Of a stretch of DNA of 64,000 nucleotides, positions 30,606 through 42,128 are shown piece by piece (the stretch's first letter is position 1; every line of letters begins with the position of its first letter). Below the pieces are notes generated by a model, which was not told where the DNA came from, did no database searches, and saw nothing but the letters and a program-made list of their open reading frames with translations. The DNA is taken from assembly GCA_000993025.1 (NCBI GenBank), contig LBVJ01000001.1:29699-93698 (forward strand), in the 5' to 3' direction. The position numbers and the translations under genes are program-made. This stretch comes from Candidatus Woesebacteria bacterium GW2011_GWA1_38_8 (GTDB taxonomy: Bacteria; Patescibacteriota; Microgenomatia; UBA8517).

Positions 30606-32120
30606 ATGAAATTTTTAAGTACATTATATATATTCATAATTACCTTACTATTAATTTCACTATTAACGAAGGGTGTGCGTTCTAACATAATGCCGTCAGA
30701 TGTTTATTCTTTAAAGGATTACTCCCAACCCTTTGAACTTTCACCTGAGAGAGGAAGGTATGCTTTGACTCAATCAATTGTTGAGAATCATAGTTTGTTT
30801 CTCCCATTGGAAATTGCTGGATATGTCACACCCGATCTTGGTTATATTAATGGAAACTTTGTTTCTCTATTTGCGCCAGGAGTATCTTTTGTGGTTATAC
30901 CATTTTATTATATCGGTAAATATTTTAATGCAAACCAGCTTTTCACTTTTTGGTCTGTAGGATTGGCTGCTGTAATCAATGCGTATATCATTTCTGACAT
31001 TGTTAACCGTATTACTAAATCAGGATTTGGCTACATCGCGGGATTGTCTTTTATTTTTGCTACTTCCGCATTAGCTTACGCGACTACATTATATCAACAC
31101 CATTTTACGACACTGATTATTTTGCTAGCACTTCATATAACCATATTTTCAAATAATACAAACAATTCATTGTTAATGGGTGTCCTGTTTGGGGTAATGT
31201 TATTGATAGAATATCCGGCAGTCATATTTTTACTCCCAATTATATTGGTTTATATGTTTAGACATTATTGTTCACTTCAAAACAAAGAATCATTTAAAAT
31301 TTCGATAGATTCCAGAATAATGCTATTTATCTTATACGTATTCATAGGAATAATTCCAACTTTGATTTACAACAGTTATGTAAATACAAACCCCTTTAAA
31401 CTTTCCGGAACTGTAGAATCTGTCGAGAACATAAATATAAATAACAATGGTTCAGGTTATGAAATCATAAAAGGAGAAACTGATGAGTTTAAAAAAAGCG
31501 TTGGAGGATTTTTCAAATATGAAAACATTGCAAATAGTTGGTATATATTGCTTTTAAGTAGTGAAAGAGGAATTCTGTTTTACTCTCCACTGTATTTACT
31601 TACCATATTAATATTTAATTTGAAAAACAAAATATCAGATATCGAAAAATACCCATTTTATCTTTTAGTATCAATTAATTTTGCAGTATTATTGTTATAC
31701 GGTATGTGGGGAGATCCGTGGGGCGGTTGGGCATTCGGACCAAGATATTTAATTCCATTCTTTGCTTTTTCCTCAATATTATTGGGAATAGTGTTTAAGT
31801 ATTATGCATACAGTCATTGGTTTAAATTATCTTATTTTACACTTCTAGTTTACTCAATCTTAATAAATGTTGCTGGTGCTCTGACTACAAATGCAATTGT
31901 TCCAAGTAAAGAAGCAGAATCTGCATTGATGCCAACAATAAAATACCTATATAATTTTGAGTTGATTGGATTCGGAAAGTCGTCTTCATTTATTTACAAC
32001 ACATATTTTAGTAAGTACATTCCGCTAACCGTATTTTATATTCTTATAATTGCAATTATCGTTTTCTTGTTATTCCTCGCAAATAAGATGTCATCAGATA
32101 AAATATCTCATGAAAATTAA
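30606..32120 (+). CDS. Multi-TM GT-C-like membrane protein
   Basis: About 12 TM helices; ERGILFYSP and WGGWAFGPRYLIP motifs typical of GT-C-like proteins; start set at ATG 30606. Confidence 0.65.
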   Translation: MKFLSTLYIFIITLLLISLLTKGVRSNIMPSDVYSLKDYSQPFELSPERGRYALTQSIVENHSLFLPLEIAGYVTPDLGYINGNFVSLFAPGVSFVVIPFYYIGKYFNANQLFTFWSVGLAAVINAYIISDIVNRITKSGFGYIAGLSFIFATSALAYATTLYQHHFTTLIILLALHITIFSNNTNNSLLMGVLFGVMLLIEYPAVIFLLPIILVYMFRHYCSLQNKESFKISIDSRIMLFILYVFIGIIPTLIYNSYVNTNPFKLSGTVESVENININNNGSGYEIIKGETDEFKKSVGGFFKYENIANSWYILLLSSERGILFYSPLYLLTILIFNLKNKISDIEKYPFYLLVSINFAVLLLYGMWGDPWGGWAFGPRYLIPFFAFSSILLGIVFKYYAYSHWFKLSYFTLLVYSILINVAGALTTNAIVPSKEAESALMPTIKYLYNFELIGFGKSSSFIYNTYFSKYIPLTVFYILIIAIIVFLLFLANKMSSDKISHEN

Positions 32121-34815
32121 CTTTATAAATCGCAAAGTGGTGATTTCTTTTAATGATAAATCAATAAAGAAATCATTGAATTTTTATAATAAACATGGTG
32201 TATTGGTTGTGACCATATTCACTTCAATTTTGAGTTTTATATCGATATTGGTTTCATATAAATACGATATTATCCTTGCATATAACGATTCTCGTGCCCA
32301 TATGAATATGGCAAGACTTGTGTTTGATAATTTGAAACCCGGGTTTGCCCAGTTGGGGGGGGTGTGGCTTCCCTTTCCTCATATTATGATACTTACACTT
32401 GTATGGAATGATTGGTTGTGGCAGAGCGGGATTGCTGGATCAATTTATTCAATGTCTTTTTATGTTCTTTCATCAATATATATTTTTAAGCTTCTTAGAT
32501 TTTTAATTAAAGATAAGGTAACTGTATTTATCTGCACTCTAAACTATGTTATTAACGTCAATTTATTGTACATGCAATCAACTCCAATGACTGAATTAAC
32601 GTTGATATTCTTTTTTATAACCTCTGTCTATTATTTACTTCAATGGGTAAATACTAAAAAAGTATTACATATGATTTTACTTGCATTATCGGTTTTTTTG
32701 GCAACTCTTACAAGATATGATGGATGGATGCAATTTCTAACAACATTGACTGTTTTAATTATTGTTGAATTTATGGAATTTAAGACTAATTTCAGAAAAA
32801 ATAATTTTGGTTCTATTATTAAAAGCATTTTATTGAACGCGAAGATGCGTTCAACTATCTTATTTTTTAGTGTTATGGCAGGTCTTGGAATATTGTTATG
32901 GATCCTGTGGAATTATTTGATATTTGATGACCCTATATATTTTGCAGTTGGTCCATATTCCGCAAGGGCTCAGCAATTTGCCATAGAAAGTGCTGGAAAA
33001 CTTTTTACAAAACACAATATTGCACTTTCATTATCTGCATATTGGTGGGCTGTATCCGATAACGTTGGAATAATCGTTTTGCTCACGGGTATTATAGGTT
33101 TTATATGTTTTGTAATGGAAAATCCAAATAAATACACTAAAATTGTGCTTTTAACACTTTTTTCTCCGGCTATATTTCATATTGCTTCGTTATATTTAGG
33201 AAGTTCAGTGTTGGTGTTGCCAGAAATGAATATTAATGTTGCAGAGGGATTGAAGGGAACACTTTTTAACGCAAGGTATGGATTGATAATGCTTCCCGCA
33301 GTAAGTGTTTTTATGGCATATTTTGCAAGGAGAAGCGTCTTCGCAAAGTCTATTGTATTTTTTGTTGTCATATTTACACCTCTTATGATGTTAAAGGATA
33401 ACTATATTATCACTTTGACAGATGGAAAAATGGGGTCAAGTTCACTTAGAGTGAAAGATGTTAGTGAATGGCTGAAACAGAACGCCGATGACAGTAATGA
33501 ATTAATATTGACAGCACTATCATACAATAGCGCACTTTCTTTCAGCACAGGATTTCCATTAAGCAGATTTATCCATGAAGGAACTGGAAAATATTGGGAA
33601 TCCTCTGTAGTTGATCCTGATCAATATGCGGATTGGATTGTAATGGCAAATGGAGATGTCGGGGATCCCTTGTATGACTCATTAATAAAGAAACATGATT
33701 CACAATTCTTAAGGAATTATGAATTGAAAAAACGATTTGAATTTATTGATGTCTATGTAAAAAAATATGTACCAGATGATTTTGTATATGTTAGAGATAG
33801 TGGTTTTTGGATGAATGGTGATAGATACAAGTTTCTTGGAGTAAATTCCTATGACCTAATTTTCCGCTCTCCAAATGAAGTTGCCTCGACACTGTCATCG
33901 GCAAAAAACAATGGAATTGATGTGGTCAGAGTATGGGTTTTTGGTGAAGGTAGTGAAAATTTAATACAACCTGAACCCGGAAAGTATAATTCAATACTTA
34001 TGAACAATGTGGATTATGTTTTGGCAACAGCATACAAGTTGGATATGAAAGTGATACTCGTCATGTCAAATTATTGGGAAGCATATGGGGGAATAAGACA
34101 GTATTTGCGATGGGTAGATTTACCTGACCAATCAGCTTCAGATTTAGATGCATTCTTTACCGATAGTCGAACAAAAGATATCTACAAAGACTTTATAAGG
34201 GAGATAGTTCTAAGAAAAAACAGTCTAACGGGAGAATTATACAAAAACGACCCCGCAATATTTTCTTGGGAGCTTATGAACGAACCTAGAAGTTCTTCGA
34301 CCGGAACAGCCGGAAAGGTTACTGAATGGATAGATGAAATGTCTAGTTTTATCAGAACATTGGATAAATATCACATGATTACGTCAGGCCACGAAGGACA
34401 CTTTAGTGACTTCTCAATAAACCCATATGCAACAGGTCCATTTATCGATCAGTTTGGTCATAAATCCGATTTTGATGCGTTGTCTGGACATTATTATATT
34501 GATCAATACATATCAGAAAAACCACTTTATGAATTTGAAATAATTGACAAGTGGAGCGACCATGCAAAGGAAATTGATAGGGCGTTTTTTATTGAGGAAA
34601 TCGGTTTTTCAAAAAGATCTGGGGAAAACTCTGGTTATGATAGATTGTTTCTTTATGAAAAACTTTTTGAATCGGCAAAGAAAAACGATGTACAGGGTGT
34701 TATTGTTTGGAATTGGGCTTTAAAAATTGATGATGATTTTGGTATTTCGCCACTCGATCCAAACGACGAAAAACTTATAAAGTTATTAAACTTATATTCA
34801 AAAAGTCTAAAATAA
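32110..34815 (+). CDS. Fusion: GT-C (PMT-like) membrane domain plus C-terminal GH5 (beta-mannanase-like) domain
   Basis: YNDSRAH, WLPFPH, PMTE, TRYDGW and NARY; then FLGVNSY, VRVW, NYWEAYGG, WELMNEP (acid/base), IEEIG (nucleophile) and W-N-W; start set at ATG 32110. Confidence 0.82.
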   Translation: MKINFINRKVVISFNDKSIKKSLNFYNKHGVLVVTIFTSILSFISILVSYKYDIILAYNDSRAHMNMARLVFDNLKPGFAQLGGVWLPFPHIMILTLVWNDWLWQSGIAGSIYSMSFYVLSSIYIFKLLRFLIKDKVTVFICTLNYVINVNLLYMQSTPMTELTLIFFFITSVYYLLQWVNTKKVLHMILLALSVFLATLTRYDGWMQFLTTLTVLIIVEFMEFKTNFRKNNFGSIIKSILLNAKMRSTILFFSVMAGLGILLWILWNYLIFDDPIYFAVGPYSARAQQFAIESAGKLFTKHNIALSLSAYWWAVSDNVGIIVLLTGIIGFICFVMENPNKYTKIVLLTLFSPAIFHIASLYLGSSVLVLPEMNINVAEGLKGTLFNARYGLIMLPAVSVFMAYFARRSVFAKSIVFFVVIFTPLMMLKDNYIITLTDGKMGSSSLRVKDVSEWLKQNADDSNELILTALSYNSALSFSTGFPLSRFIHEGTGKYWESSVVDPDQYADWIVMANGDVGDPLYDSLIKKHDSQFLRNYELKKRFEFIDVYVKKYVPDDFVYVRDSGFWMNGDRYKFLGVNSYDLIFRSPNEVASTLSSAKNNGIDVVRVWVFGEGSENLIQPEPGKYNSILMNNVDYVLATAYKLDMKVILVMSNYWEAYGGIRQYLRWVDLPDQSASDLDAFFTDSRTKDIYKDFIREIVLRKNSLTGELYKNDPAIFSWELMNEPRSSSTGTAGKVTEWIDEMSSFIRTLDKYHMITSGHEGHFSDFSINPYATGPFIDQFGHKSDFDALSGHYYIDQYISEKPLYEFEIIDKWSDHAKEIDRAFFIEEIGFSKRSGENSGYDRLFLYEKLFESAKKNDVQGVIVWNWALKIDDDFGISPLDPNDEKLIKLLNLYSKSLK

Positions 34816-34897
34816 TAGACGGGTTATTGATACGTCTGGAAGACATTGTTTACGCCTCTTCATATGGACACAGTTACGATATATAATATAGTTCCAA

Positions 34898-35845
34898 ATG
34901 AAAGTGTCACTTGTTGTTACCGTACTAAATGAAGAACCGTCGATTGCAGCACTTCTCGAGTCTATTATTTCTCAGTTAAAGAAACCTGATGAGATTGTTA
35001 TTGTCGATGGTGGTTCAACCGACAAGACTGTAAACATAATAAAAAGTTATCAAAAAATTATTAAGAATATAAAATTATATGAATTTAAGACTACAAGATC
35101 CGAAGCGAGAAATATTGGAATAGATGCATCTTCAGGCAATATTATTGTTACAACAGACGCAGGTTGCGTTGCCGAAAAACATTGGATAGAAAAGATTACA
35201 AAACCGTTTTATGAACCAAAAGTTGATATGGTTGCAGGATTTTATGAAATGATCGGCGGTAATTCTTCATTAAGGCTTGCAATGTCCGTATTTATTGGTA
35301 TAACACCTGACAAATTTGATGATAGATTTTTGGCGTCGGCTAGATCTTTGGCATTCCGAAAAGATCTTTGGGAGAAAGTAGGAGGGTTTCCTGAAGGTTT
35401 GAAAGATACCGCAGAAGATACACTTTTCAATTACAAAATTATTACAACAGGGGCGAAGATAGTACGTGTAAAAGATGCGGTTGTGTACTGGCAATTGCCG
35501 TTGACTTTGACGGAAGGGATCAAAAAAATGTATCTTTATGCCAAAGGTGATGCTTTATCCGGTATATGGTGGCATCCGGTAAAGAAATTATCGACCCACA
35601 ACATTAAGATCATCTCCGTATATTTAAGGTATGTAATTGGTATCTATATACTCCTTATGGCCACAAAATATGAATTGTTTAATTTACTGTTCGTATTGGG
35701 AATATTTTTTTATATGTTTTGGGCATTTAAGAAAGTATACTGTCGGACGAACAGTTTTAAAGCCGGTTTGTGGGGGGTAATTATACAGTTTGCTTCGGAC
35801 ATTGCCGTAATGCTCGGCTTCCTTATGGGATTGGTGTCAATATAA
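34898..35845 (+). CDS. GT2 glycosyltransferase with C-terminal TMs
   Basis: VLNEE, VDGGSTD, TDAG, GGFPE and AED. Confidence 0.9.
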   Translation: MKVSLVVTVLNEEPSIAALLESIISQLKKPDEIVIVDGGSTDKTVNIIKSYQKIIKNIKLYEFKTTRSEARNIGIDASSGNIIVTTDAGCVAEKHWIEKITKPFYEPKVDMVAGFYEMIGGNSSLRLAMSVFIGITPDKFDDRFLASARSLAFRKDLWEKVGGFPEGLKDTAEDTLFNYKIITTGAKIVRVKDAVVYWQLPLTLTEGIKKMYLYAKGDALSGIWWHPVKKLSTHNIKIISVYLRYVIGIYILLMATKYELFNLLFVLGIFFYMFWAFKKVYCRTNSFKAGLWGVIIQFASDIAVMLGFLMGLVSI

Positions 35846-35894
35846 CCTTCAGAAACATTTAAGGCATTAAGAATGATAAAATCAGATCATTGAT

Positions 35895-37112
35895 ATGGGT
35901 TACTTTGACACAAGCATGTCGGGTGTAAAATGGATTGGATCGTTTAAGATATTGAGTAGAATATTGTCACTGGTAAGAATCGCAATTCTAGCCAGAATTC
36001 TATCCCCCATTCAATTCGGAGTATTTGGAATTGCCTCTTTAGCATTATCAGTTGTTGAGACTTTGACTGAACCGGGGATTTACGTATATTTGATGCAGGA
36101 GAAAAAAAGTATCCACAAATATATTGATACGGCTTGGGTTATATCAATTCTCAGAGGTGTTTTATTGTTTACCACCCTGATTTTTTCTTCAGGCATTATA
36201 TCCGGCTTTTTTAACACACCGGAAGTGAAACATATTATAAACTTAATTGCACTGGTTGTTTTAATAAGAGGGTTCATGAATCCCTTGAGGGTCAATTTCC
36301 TGAAACAATTGGATTATAGAAAAGAATTTTCAATCAATAGTTTAGTCTTATCTGTTGATATTGTTGTCACTGTCTTATCGGTGGCACTTTTTAAAGACCC
36401 TCTTGGATTAGTTTTAGGATTGATCGCGGGTGCCATTGTGGAAGTGATTCTTTCTTTTGCTCTTATAAAATATCACCCAAAAATTAAATTTGATATTCGG
36501 TTGGCAAAAAAAATAACGTCTGCGGGAAAATGGGTTACCGGTAGCACAATTTTCAACTTTCTATTTAGCGAAGGTGATGACACCCTTGTGGGGAAGTTAT
36601 TAGGCAAATACGATCTGGGGATATATCAGATCTCATATAAAATTGCGACACTACCTCTTACAGAAATTACCAATGTGGCAAATACAGTAACATTTCCGAT
36701 ATTCGTACAGATCTCGAATGAAAAGAAACGCATTGCAAAGGTATTCATAAAAACAGCTTTGATTATTGGCTTATTGTCGTTTGTATTAAGTACTTTTATA
36801 TTTTTATTTGCTGACACAATCGTTGCGATACTACTCGGAAGTGCATGGAGTGACTCGGTAGATTTAATTAAACTACTGGTGATATTCGGATTCATTAGAG
36901 CAATCGCAATATCCTGCAACCCTCTTTTTAATGCATTAAAAAAGCAAAAATATGTTACGTTATATACCACAATCTCATTTGTACTTATGGCAATGACAAT
37001 TTTTCCATTAATGCAGAAATTTGGCCTGAGAGGTGTAATCTATTCAGTCATTATATCCTCGTCAATCTCGTTTTTAGTGAATGTAATAAATGTAATAAAA
37101 GTACTCAAATGA
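35895..37112 (+). CDS. Wzx-type oligosaccharide flippase
   Basis: ILARILSPIQFG, D-x-x-VGK...LGIY and about 12 TMs. Confidence 0.85.
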   Translation: MGYFDTSMSGVKWIGSFKILSRILSLVRIAILARILSPIQFGVFGIASLALSVVETLTEPGIYVYLMQEKKSIHKYIDTAWVISILRGVLLFTTLIFSSGIISGFFNTPEVKHIINLIALVVLIRGFMNPLRVNFLKQLDYRKEFSINSLVLSVDIVVTVLSVALFKDPLGLVLGLIAGAIVEVILSFALIKYHPKIKFDIRLAKKITSAGKWVTGSTIFNFLFSEGDDTLVGKLLGKYDLGIYQISYKIATLPLTEITNVANTVTFPIFVQISNEKKRIAKVFIKTALIIGLLSFVLSTFIFLFADTIVAILLGSAWSDSVDLIKLLVIFGFIRAIAISCNPLFNALKKQKYVTLYTTISFVLMAMTIFPLMQKFGLRGVIYSVIISSSISFLVNVINVIKVLK

Positions 37113-37954
37113 AAAGAGTTGACCCGAAATTATATACAAAAGAATATTATCTAAAAGATTGCGGTGGATATGAAGAATATCTTAACCATCGCGGAAATGA
37201 ACTTGATTCAAGATTACAAAGTGTTTTTAAAAGATTTTCGGATGTAAAAGGAAAGACTATTTTGGACATTGGTTGTGGACGTGGTGAATTGTGCGTTAAA
37301 TTCGCACGCGAAGGAGCGGTCAATGTCGTCGGTGTAGATTACTCAGCCGATGCGATAAAACTGGCTAACGAAATTAAATCTATTCAACCTGCAAAAACCA
37401 GAAATAAGATTAGATTTTACAATTATGACGCAAAAGATATCCTTCATCTTAAGAAAACATTTGATATTGTCATTATGACTGAAGTATACGAACACCTATA
37501 TCAGGAAGAGCTTGATTTTATCCTTGAAAATATTAAAAGAATTTTAAGCAAAGACGGTGTTTTATTTATTCATACATCACCCAATAAACTATTTTATGAC
37601 ATATTTTATAAGTTTTGGTGCTATCCCGTTTCTGAGATACTAATTAACATTTGGAATATATTTTCAGGAAAAAGTTATGGAAGATTAATAAAATATGAAG
37701 AACTTAGGAACCCGTATCATAATGTTATGCATGTAAATGAACCAACATACTTTGGTTTGTTAAATATTGTCCGAAAACACGGATACAAAGGTAAAATCAG
37801 AACGACCAATATTACAGCAATAAAACCGGTTTATTCCGCAAAAGATACAATATATAATTTTTTAGTATATTTTTACCCATTTAGTAAATTGTTTCCATTT
37901 AACATTATTATGGGGTGTGATTTTAATATAGTATTAAAATCAGATGAAAATTAA
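37109..37954 (+). CDS. Class I SAM-dependent methyltransferase
   Basis: LDIGCGRG, GVDYS and FDIVIMTEVYEH. Confidence 0.88.
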   Translation: MKRVDPKLYTKEYYLKDCGGYEEYLNHRGNELDSRLQSVFKRFSDVKGKTILDIGCGRGELCVKFAREGAVNVVGVDYSADAIKLANEIKSIQPAKTRNKIRFYNYDAKDILHLKKTFDIVIMTEVYEHLYQEELDFILENIKRILSKDGVLFIHTSPNKLFYDIFYKFWCYPVSEILINIWNIFSGKSYGRLIKYEELRNPYHNVMHVNEPTYFGLLNIVRKHGYKGKIRTTNITAIKPVYSAKDTIYNFLVYFYPFSKLFPFNIIMGCDFNIVLKSDEN

Positions 37955-38738
37955 ACTTAATAAACACGATTTATATCGACTAATAGAGAATTTTTGGTTT
38001 GCTCCCAATGATGCTCTTCTTCGATCAGTGGAGGTTTCTATATGGAAAAATATCAAATTCAAAAAACCTGTTATGGAGATTGGAGTGGGCGATGGAATAA
38101 TGGACAAGTTTTTATTTAAAAATAAAATAATCGACGTTGGAATTGATATTGATGCTAAAGGAATAATAAACGCAAAGAATAATTCATTGTATAAAAAGGT
38201 TGTCTTTATGTCTGCGGCAAATATGAATATTCATAACAGCACATTCAATACGATTATTGCAAACAGCACTTTTGAGCATATTAAATATGATCTAAAAGCG
38301 ATTTCTGAAGTATCAAGAGTACTTAAAAAAAATGGTAAATTTATCTTTTGTGTTCCAACAGATAGGTTTGCGGGTCTTCTTAGCCAAAATTCAAAAGATG
38401 AATCGGAAATATTAAGTTACAACAAAAGAGTATCACAATTTCATTACAGATCTTTGAGAGAATGGACAAAAATACTTAAAACCAACGGATTAAAGATCGT
38501 TGATTACAAATATTACTTTCCTGAAAATGTTTTTAAGATGTGGTATAAACTTCACAAATTGGTCGTGTTAAAACCTTACAAAAGGGAACTTTGGTCTTAT
38601 TTAAAAGACTCTCCATTAAGAAAATTTATTCCTGAAACTGTTGTAATCAAATTATTAAAAATATTACTATTACCATATTACTATTCGATAGTGTCGGATG
38701 ATGGTGTTTGGATATTTATAATTTCTCAAAAAACATGA
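37944..38738 (+). CDS. Class I SAM-dependent methyltransferase
   Basis: EIGVGDG, GIDID, STFEHI and RVLKKNG. Confidence 0.88.
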   Translation: MKIKLNKHDLYRLIENFWFAPNDALLRSVEVSIWKNIKFKKPVMEIGVGDGIMDKFLFKNKIIDVGIDIDAKGIINAKNNSLYKKVVFMSAANMNIHNSTFNTIIANSTFEHIKYDLKAISEVSRVLKKNGKFIFCVPTDRFAGLLSQNSKDESEILSYNKRVSQFHYRSLREWTKILKTNGLKIVDYKYYFPENVFKMWYKLHKLVVLKPYKRELWSYLKDSPLRKFIPETVVIKLLKILLLPYYYSIVSDDGVWIFIISQKT

Positions 38739-39859
38739 ATATTGCCGTCTATCACAACGTTCCTCCGGGGGGTGCAAGGAGAACCGTTCTGGAGGAGGTT
38801 AAATATCTCTCGAAAAAGCATGTTGTAGATTTTTATCTAACCTCTCCAAGATATCCCGACATCATGGATGTAAAGCCGTATGTACGCAATTGTTTCAATT
38901 GGGATTTCAGCGTAAAAAACAGATTACCTTCTTTTTTAAATCGTTTAAAAATGGATTTAGATGTATTCATAAAATTGAAGCAGCTTCATAAAAATATTGC
39001 AGATGAAATTAACAGAAGGAATTACGATATTGTATTAGCCCACTCCGATGAATATCTCGAAGCACCGTATCTTCTTCGATACCTTAAGACTAACTCAATT
39101 TATTTTTGTCACGAACCATTAAGAATGGTGTATGAAGATGAACTAAAATTCAATAAGAAAGTGATATTTTACAAATATCTTTATGAGAAAACGGTTCGGA
39201 TTATGAAAAAGTATGACGAAAGATCGAACGTTTATTCTGCTGATTTAATAGTTACCTCATCGAGATTTACAAAGGACAATATATTGAAATATTATAACGT
39301 GGGATCTGTAGTGTGCTATCTGGGTGCGGACAGTATGATTTTTAAGCCCGGTAAGAATAAAACCAAACGACTTCTTTTTATAGGTAATAAAAACAGCATG
39401 GAAGGTTATGATCTTGCATGCAAAATAATCAAACTATTAAAACTCAATTATTTTACATTGAAGGTTCTTGATTTTAAAAACAAGAAGATGAAGATTACAA
39501 ACGATTTTGTTTTATCTAAAGAATATTCAAAGAGTTTTGCTACATTATGTCTTGATCAAAACGAACCCTTTGGTTTGAAAGCTATCGAATCGATGGCTTG
39601 CGGAACTCCTGTCCTGGCTGTAAATGAAGGGGGATACAGGGAGTCTGTAATAGATGGCGTAACGGGTTATCTTCTGCCCAGGAATGCAAAAGCTTTTGCC
39701 TATAAAATAATTGAACTAAATAATCACCCTTCACTTTACAAGAAAATGTCGAACGACTGTGTAAAAGTAGTAGGAAAAAAATGGTCGTGGGAAGATCATG
39801 GGAAAAGGCTGGAAAAGTCGCTGGAAAAGCTTGTAAATTTCAAACGAGCACTTAGGTAA
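38735..39859 (+). CDS. GT4-family glycosyltransferase
   Basis: PGGA, HEP and [17 protein letters not shown]; ATG 38735 overlaps the upstream stop (ATGA). Confidence 0.9.
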   Translation: MNIAVYHNVPPGGARRTVLEEVKYLSKKHVVDFYLTSPRYPDIMDVKPYVRNCFNWDFSVKNRLPSFLNRLKMDLDVFIKLKQLHKNIADEINRRNYDIVLAHSDEYLEAPYLLRYLKTNSIYFCHEPLRMVYEDELKFNKKVIFYKYLYEKTVRIMKKYDERSNVYSADLIVTSSRFTKDNILKYYNVGSVVCYLGADSMIFKPGKNKTKRLLFIGNKNSMEGYDLACKIIKLLKLNYFTLKVLDFKNKKMKITNDFVLSKEYSKSFATLCLDQNEPFGLKAIESMACGTPVLAVNEGGYRESVIDGVTGYLLPRNAKAFAYKIIELNNHPSLYKKMSNDCVKVVGKKWSWEDHGKRLEKSLEKLVNFKRALR

Positions 39860-39866
39860 TCAAAAT

Positions 39867-42128
39867 ATGATACAAGTAAAGTTATCCATAATAATTCTCA
39901 ACTATAATAGCGATAATAATACAATCTGCTGCATTGAAAGTATTAAAAGATCACGCTTTGATACCCGCTACGAAATAATTGTTGTTGATAATAGCGACAA
40001 GAAGTCCTTAGATCGTAAACTTCGCACAAGTCACAAAGGTGTTGTATACATTAAAAGCAAAAATAGAGGTTATGGTGCAGGAAATAACCTGGGAATAAAA
40101 TATGCAAAAGGGGAATACATATTTATAATTAATCCCGACAGTATAGTATTTCCCAAAACACTCCAAACCCTATCCGGATATTTAGATAAAAATCCCGATA
40201 CGGCAATTGTTGCACCGAATTTGTATGACAAAAATGAAAAGCTCTTTATTCAGATGGGGTCAAGAGAGTTGACACCTATAAGAGCCATCTTTTCATTATC
40301 TCTACTTAACAAGGTATTTCCAAAAAATCCGGTATCTAAACGATACTACCTTTTTGATAAACCATTGGACTGCTTACGGGAAGCCGATGCCGTTCCCGGA
40401 TCTGCATTTATGATGAGAAAAGCTATTTTTGTAAAAGCAGGAAAATTTGACGAAAATATGTTTTTGTATTTTGAAGAATCGGATCTTGGTAAAAGAATTC
40501 GTAAAATGGAGTATAAGATTGTGATCAACCCAAAGGCAAAAGTAATTCACAAATGGGAAGCTGTGAAAGAAAATGAGAACTTGGGTAAGCATTTTCAGGA
40601 TAGCCGGCTTTACTATTTACGAAAACACTTTGGCATTGTTCCGGCATTGATATCCGAGGCTGTGTGCAGACTATCGTTTTATGATATTGCATTCATAATG
40701 ATATTTATTATCGGAGCATTTTTTAGATTTTATAAGATCGATTCGCAATTTTATTTTGATTCGGAAACGGCTGACAACCTACTTGTTATGAAAAACCAGA
40801 TAGAAAATCGCACGATTCCGCTCGTTGGACCTCCGACCTCTCACCCATGGCTATATTTTGCGCCGTTATTCTATTGGCTATATATTCCGATAATGATTAT
40901 CACAAAGTACGAACCTCTCTATCATTTTATATTCGGGAATATTATTAACCTGTTGTCGGTGATTCTTTATTATATCGTTGTAAAAATTTATTGGGGTAAA
41001 AAAACGGCAATTCTGACATCTATATTTATGTCGTTTTCCCCCTATCTGATCACATTTTCATGGTCAGCAAGATTTTATACCTATGTACTTCCGCTTTCCG
41101 CGGTATATCTGCATTTTCTTTTTAAGTCATTTCTGGATAGCAAGTATATATTTTGGTTATTTCTTATACTTGGTGTATTTTGCAGTTTTCACTATACGCC
41201 AATCATCTTACTGCCGATAACGATGTTAATATTTTTGTTAAAACGGATGAAAATAGACCGTTATGTATTATTAAGCGGAATTGCAGGGTTTGTGATACCA
41301 GTGATTCCTTTAATAATCGATGGCATAAAGAATAATTTTTCTATGCTTGTAAAATTTCTGATTTGGATTCCGTACAGATTATTTGGATTTACCGGAGTGA
41401 CTTCAGAAAAAGAGATCTTTTCCACAAAAACAAGTGTTCTTTCGATAATGACATATTTCAATTGTTTATTCGGAATTAGTAGTAATTACATCTTTATTTC
41501 TTTTGTTATAGCATCCATTTTCATAATCGTGATTGCGCGAAGTTTTGCAGCAAGTCATATGCGAAATATTTTTATTAGTCCTCATAATCAAAATACGGTA
41601 GTGACGTTATACATCGTTTTATTATCGCTAATATTTTTATTTCTGCACGGAGAGGCACCTATGCATTATTATTTATTCATTACCCCAATGTTATTTATCT
41701 TGATTGCGAAAGCATTGCTGTTGATGGTCGGTCACTACAAACACATTGTACTTGTGACATTCTTTGCGATAATTATTATTATGATATTTAGCGACCTTTC
41801 ACTTATAAATTGCCGAGATAAAAGTGATTCATATAATATTTTGGAAAAAGCGACGGAAATTATTGCCGAGGATTGTAATGGCTGTCATTATAAATTGAAA
41901 AGAATTGGAGAGAATGATGATTTCACAAGAGATTTTGCACAAAATTATCAATATCTTTTAGAGATGAAGGGAATTAATCCAACTGCTGTTGGAGATATAA
42001 TAATATCAAGTGAAATTCCTGAAATTGAATATACGATAGTAGAAAATATAAAGATGAAAGAATATCTGGAGGAAGAAGAGATTCTGTTCGATGAGAACGG
42101 CATTGTTATTTTAAAAAGACTTATATGA
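39867..42128 (+). CDS. Fusion: GT2 (rhamnosyltransferase-like) plus GT-C (ArnT/PMT-like) domain
   Basis: VVDN, NRGYGAGNN, INPD and FDENMFLYFEESD; then RFY...DSE, LVGPPTS and many TMs. Confidence 0.8.
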   Translation: MIQVKLSIIILNYNSDNNTICCIESIKRSRFDTRYEIIVVDNSDKKSLDRKLRTSHKGVVYIKSKNRGYGAGNNLGIKYAKGEYIFIINPDSIVFPKTLQTLSGYLDKNPDTAIVAPNLYDKNEKLFIQMGSRELTPIRAIFSLSLLNKVFPKNPVSKRYYLFDKPLDCLREADAVPGSAFMMRKAIFVKAGKFDENMFLYFEESDLGKRIRKMEYKIVINPKAKVIHKWEAVKENENLGKHFQDSRLYYLRKHFGIVPALISEAVCRLSFYDIAFIMIFIIGAFFRFYKIDSQFYFDSETADNLLVMKNQIENRTIPLVGPPTSHPWLYFAPLFYWLYIPIMIITKYEPLYHFIFGNIINLLSVILYYIVVKIYWGKKTAILTSIFMSFSPYLITFSWSARFYTYVLPLSAVYLHFLFKSFLDSKYIFWLFLILGVFCSFHYTPIILLPITMLIFLLKRMKIDRYVLLSGIAGFVIPVIPLIIDGIKNNFSMLVKFLIWIPYRLFGFTGVTSEKEIFSTKTSVLSIMTYFNCLFGISSNYIFISFVIASIFIIVIARSFAASHMRNIFISPHNQNTVVTLYIVLLSLIFLFLHGEAPMHYYLFITPMLFILIAKALLLMVGHYKHIVLVTFFAIIIIMIFSDLSLINCRDKSDSYNILEKATEIIAEDCNGCHYKLKRIGENDDFTRDFAQNYQYLLEMKGINPTAVGDIIISSEIPEIEYTIVENIKMKEYLEEEEILFDENGIVILKRLI

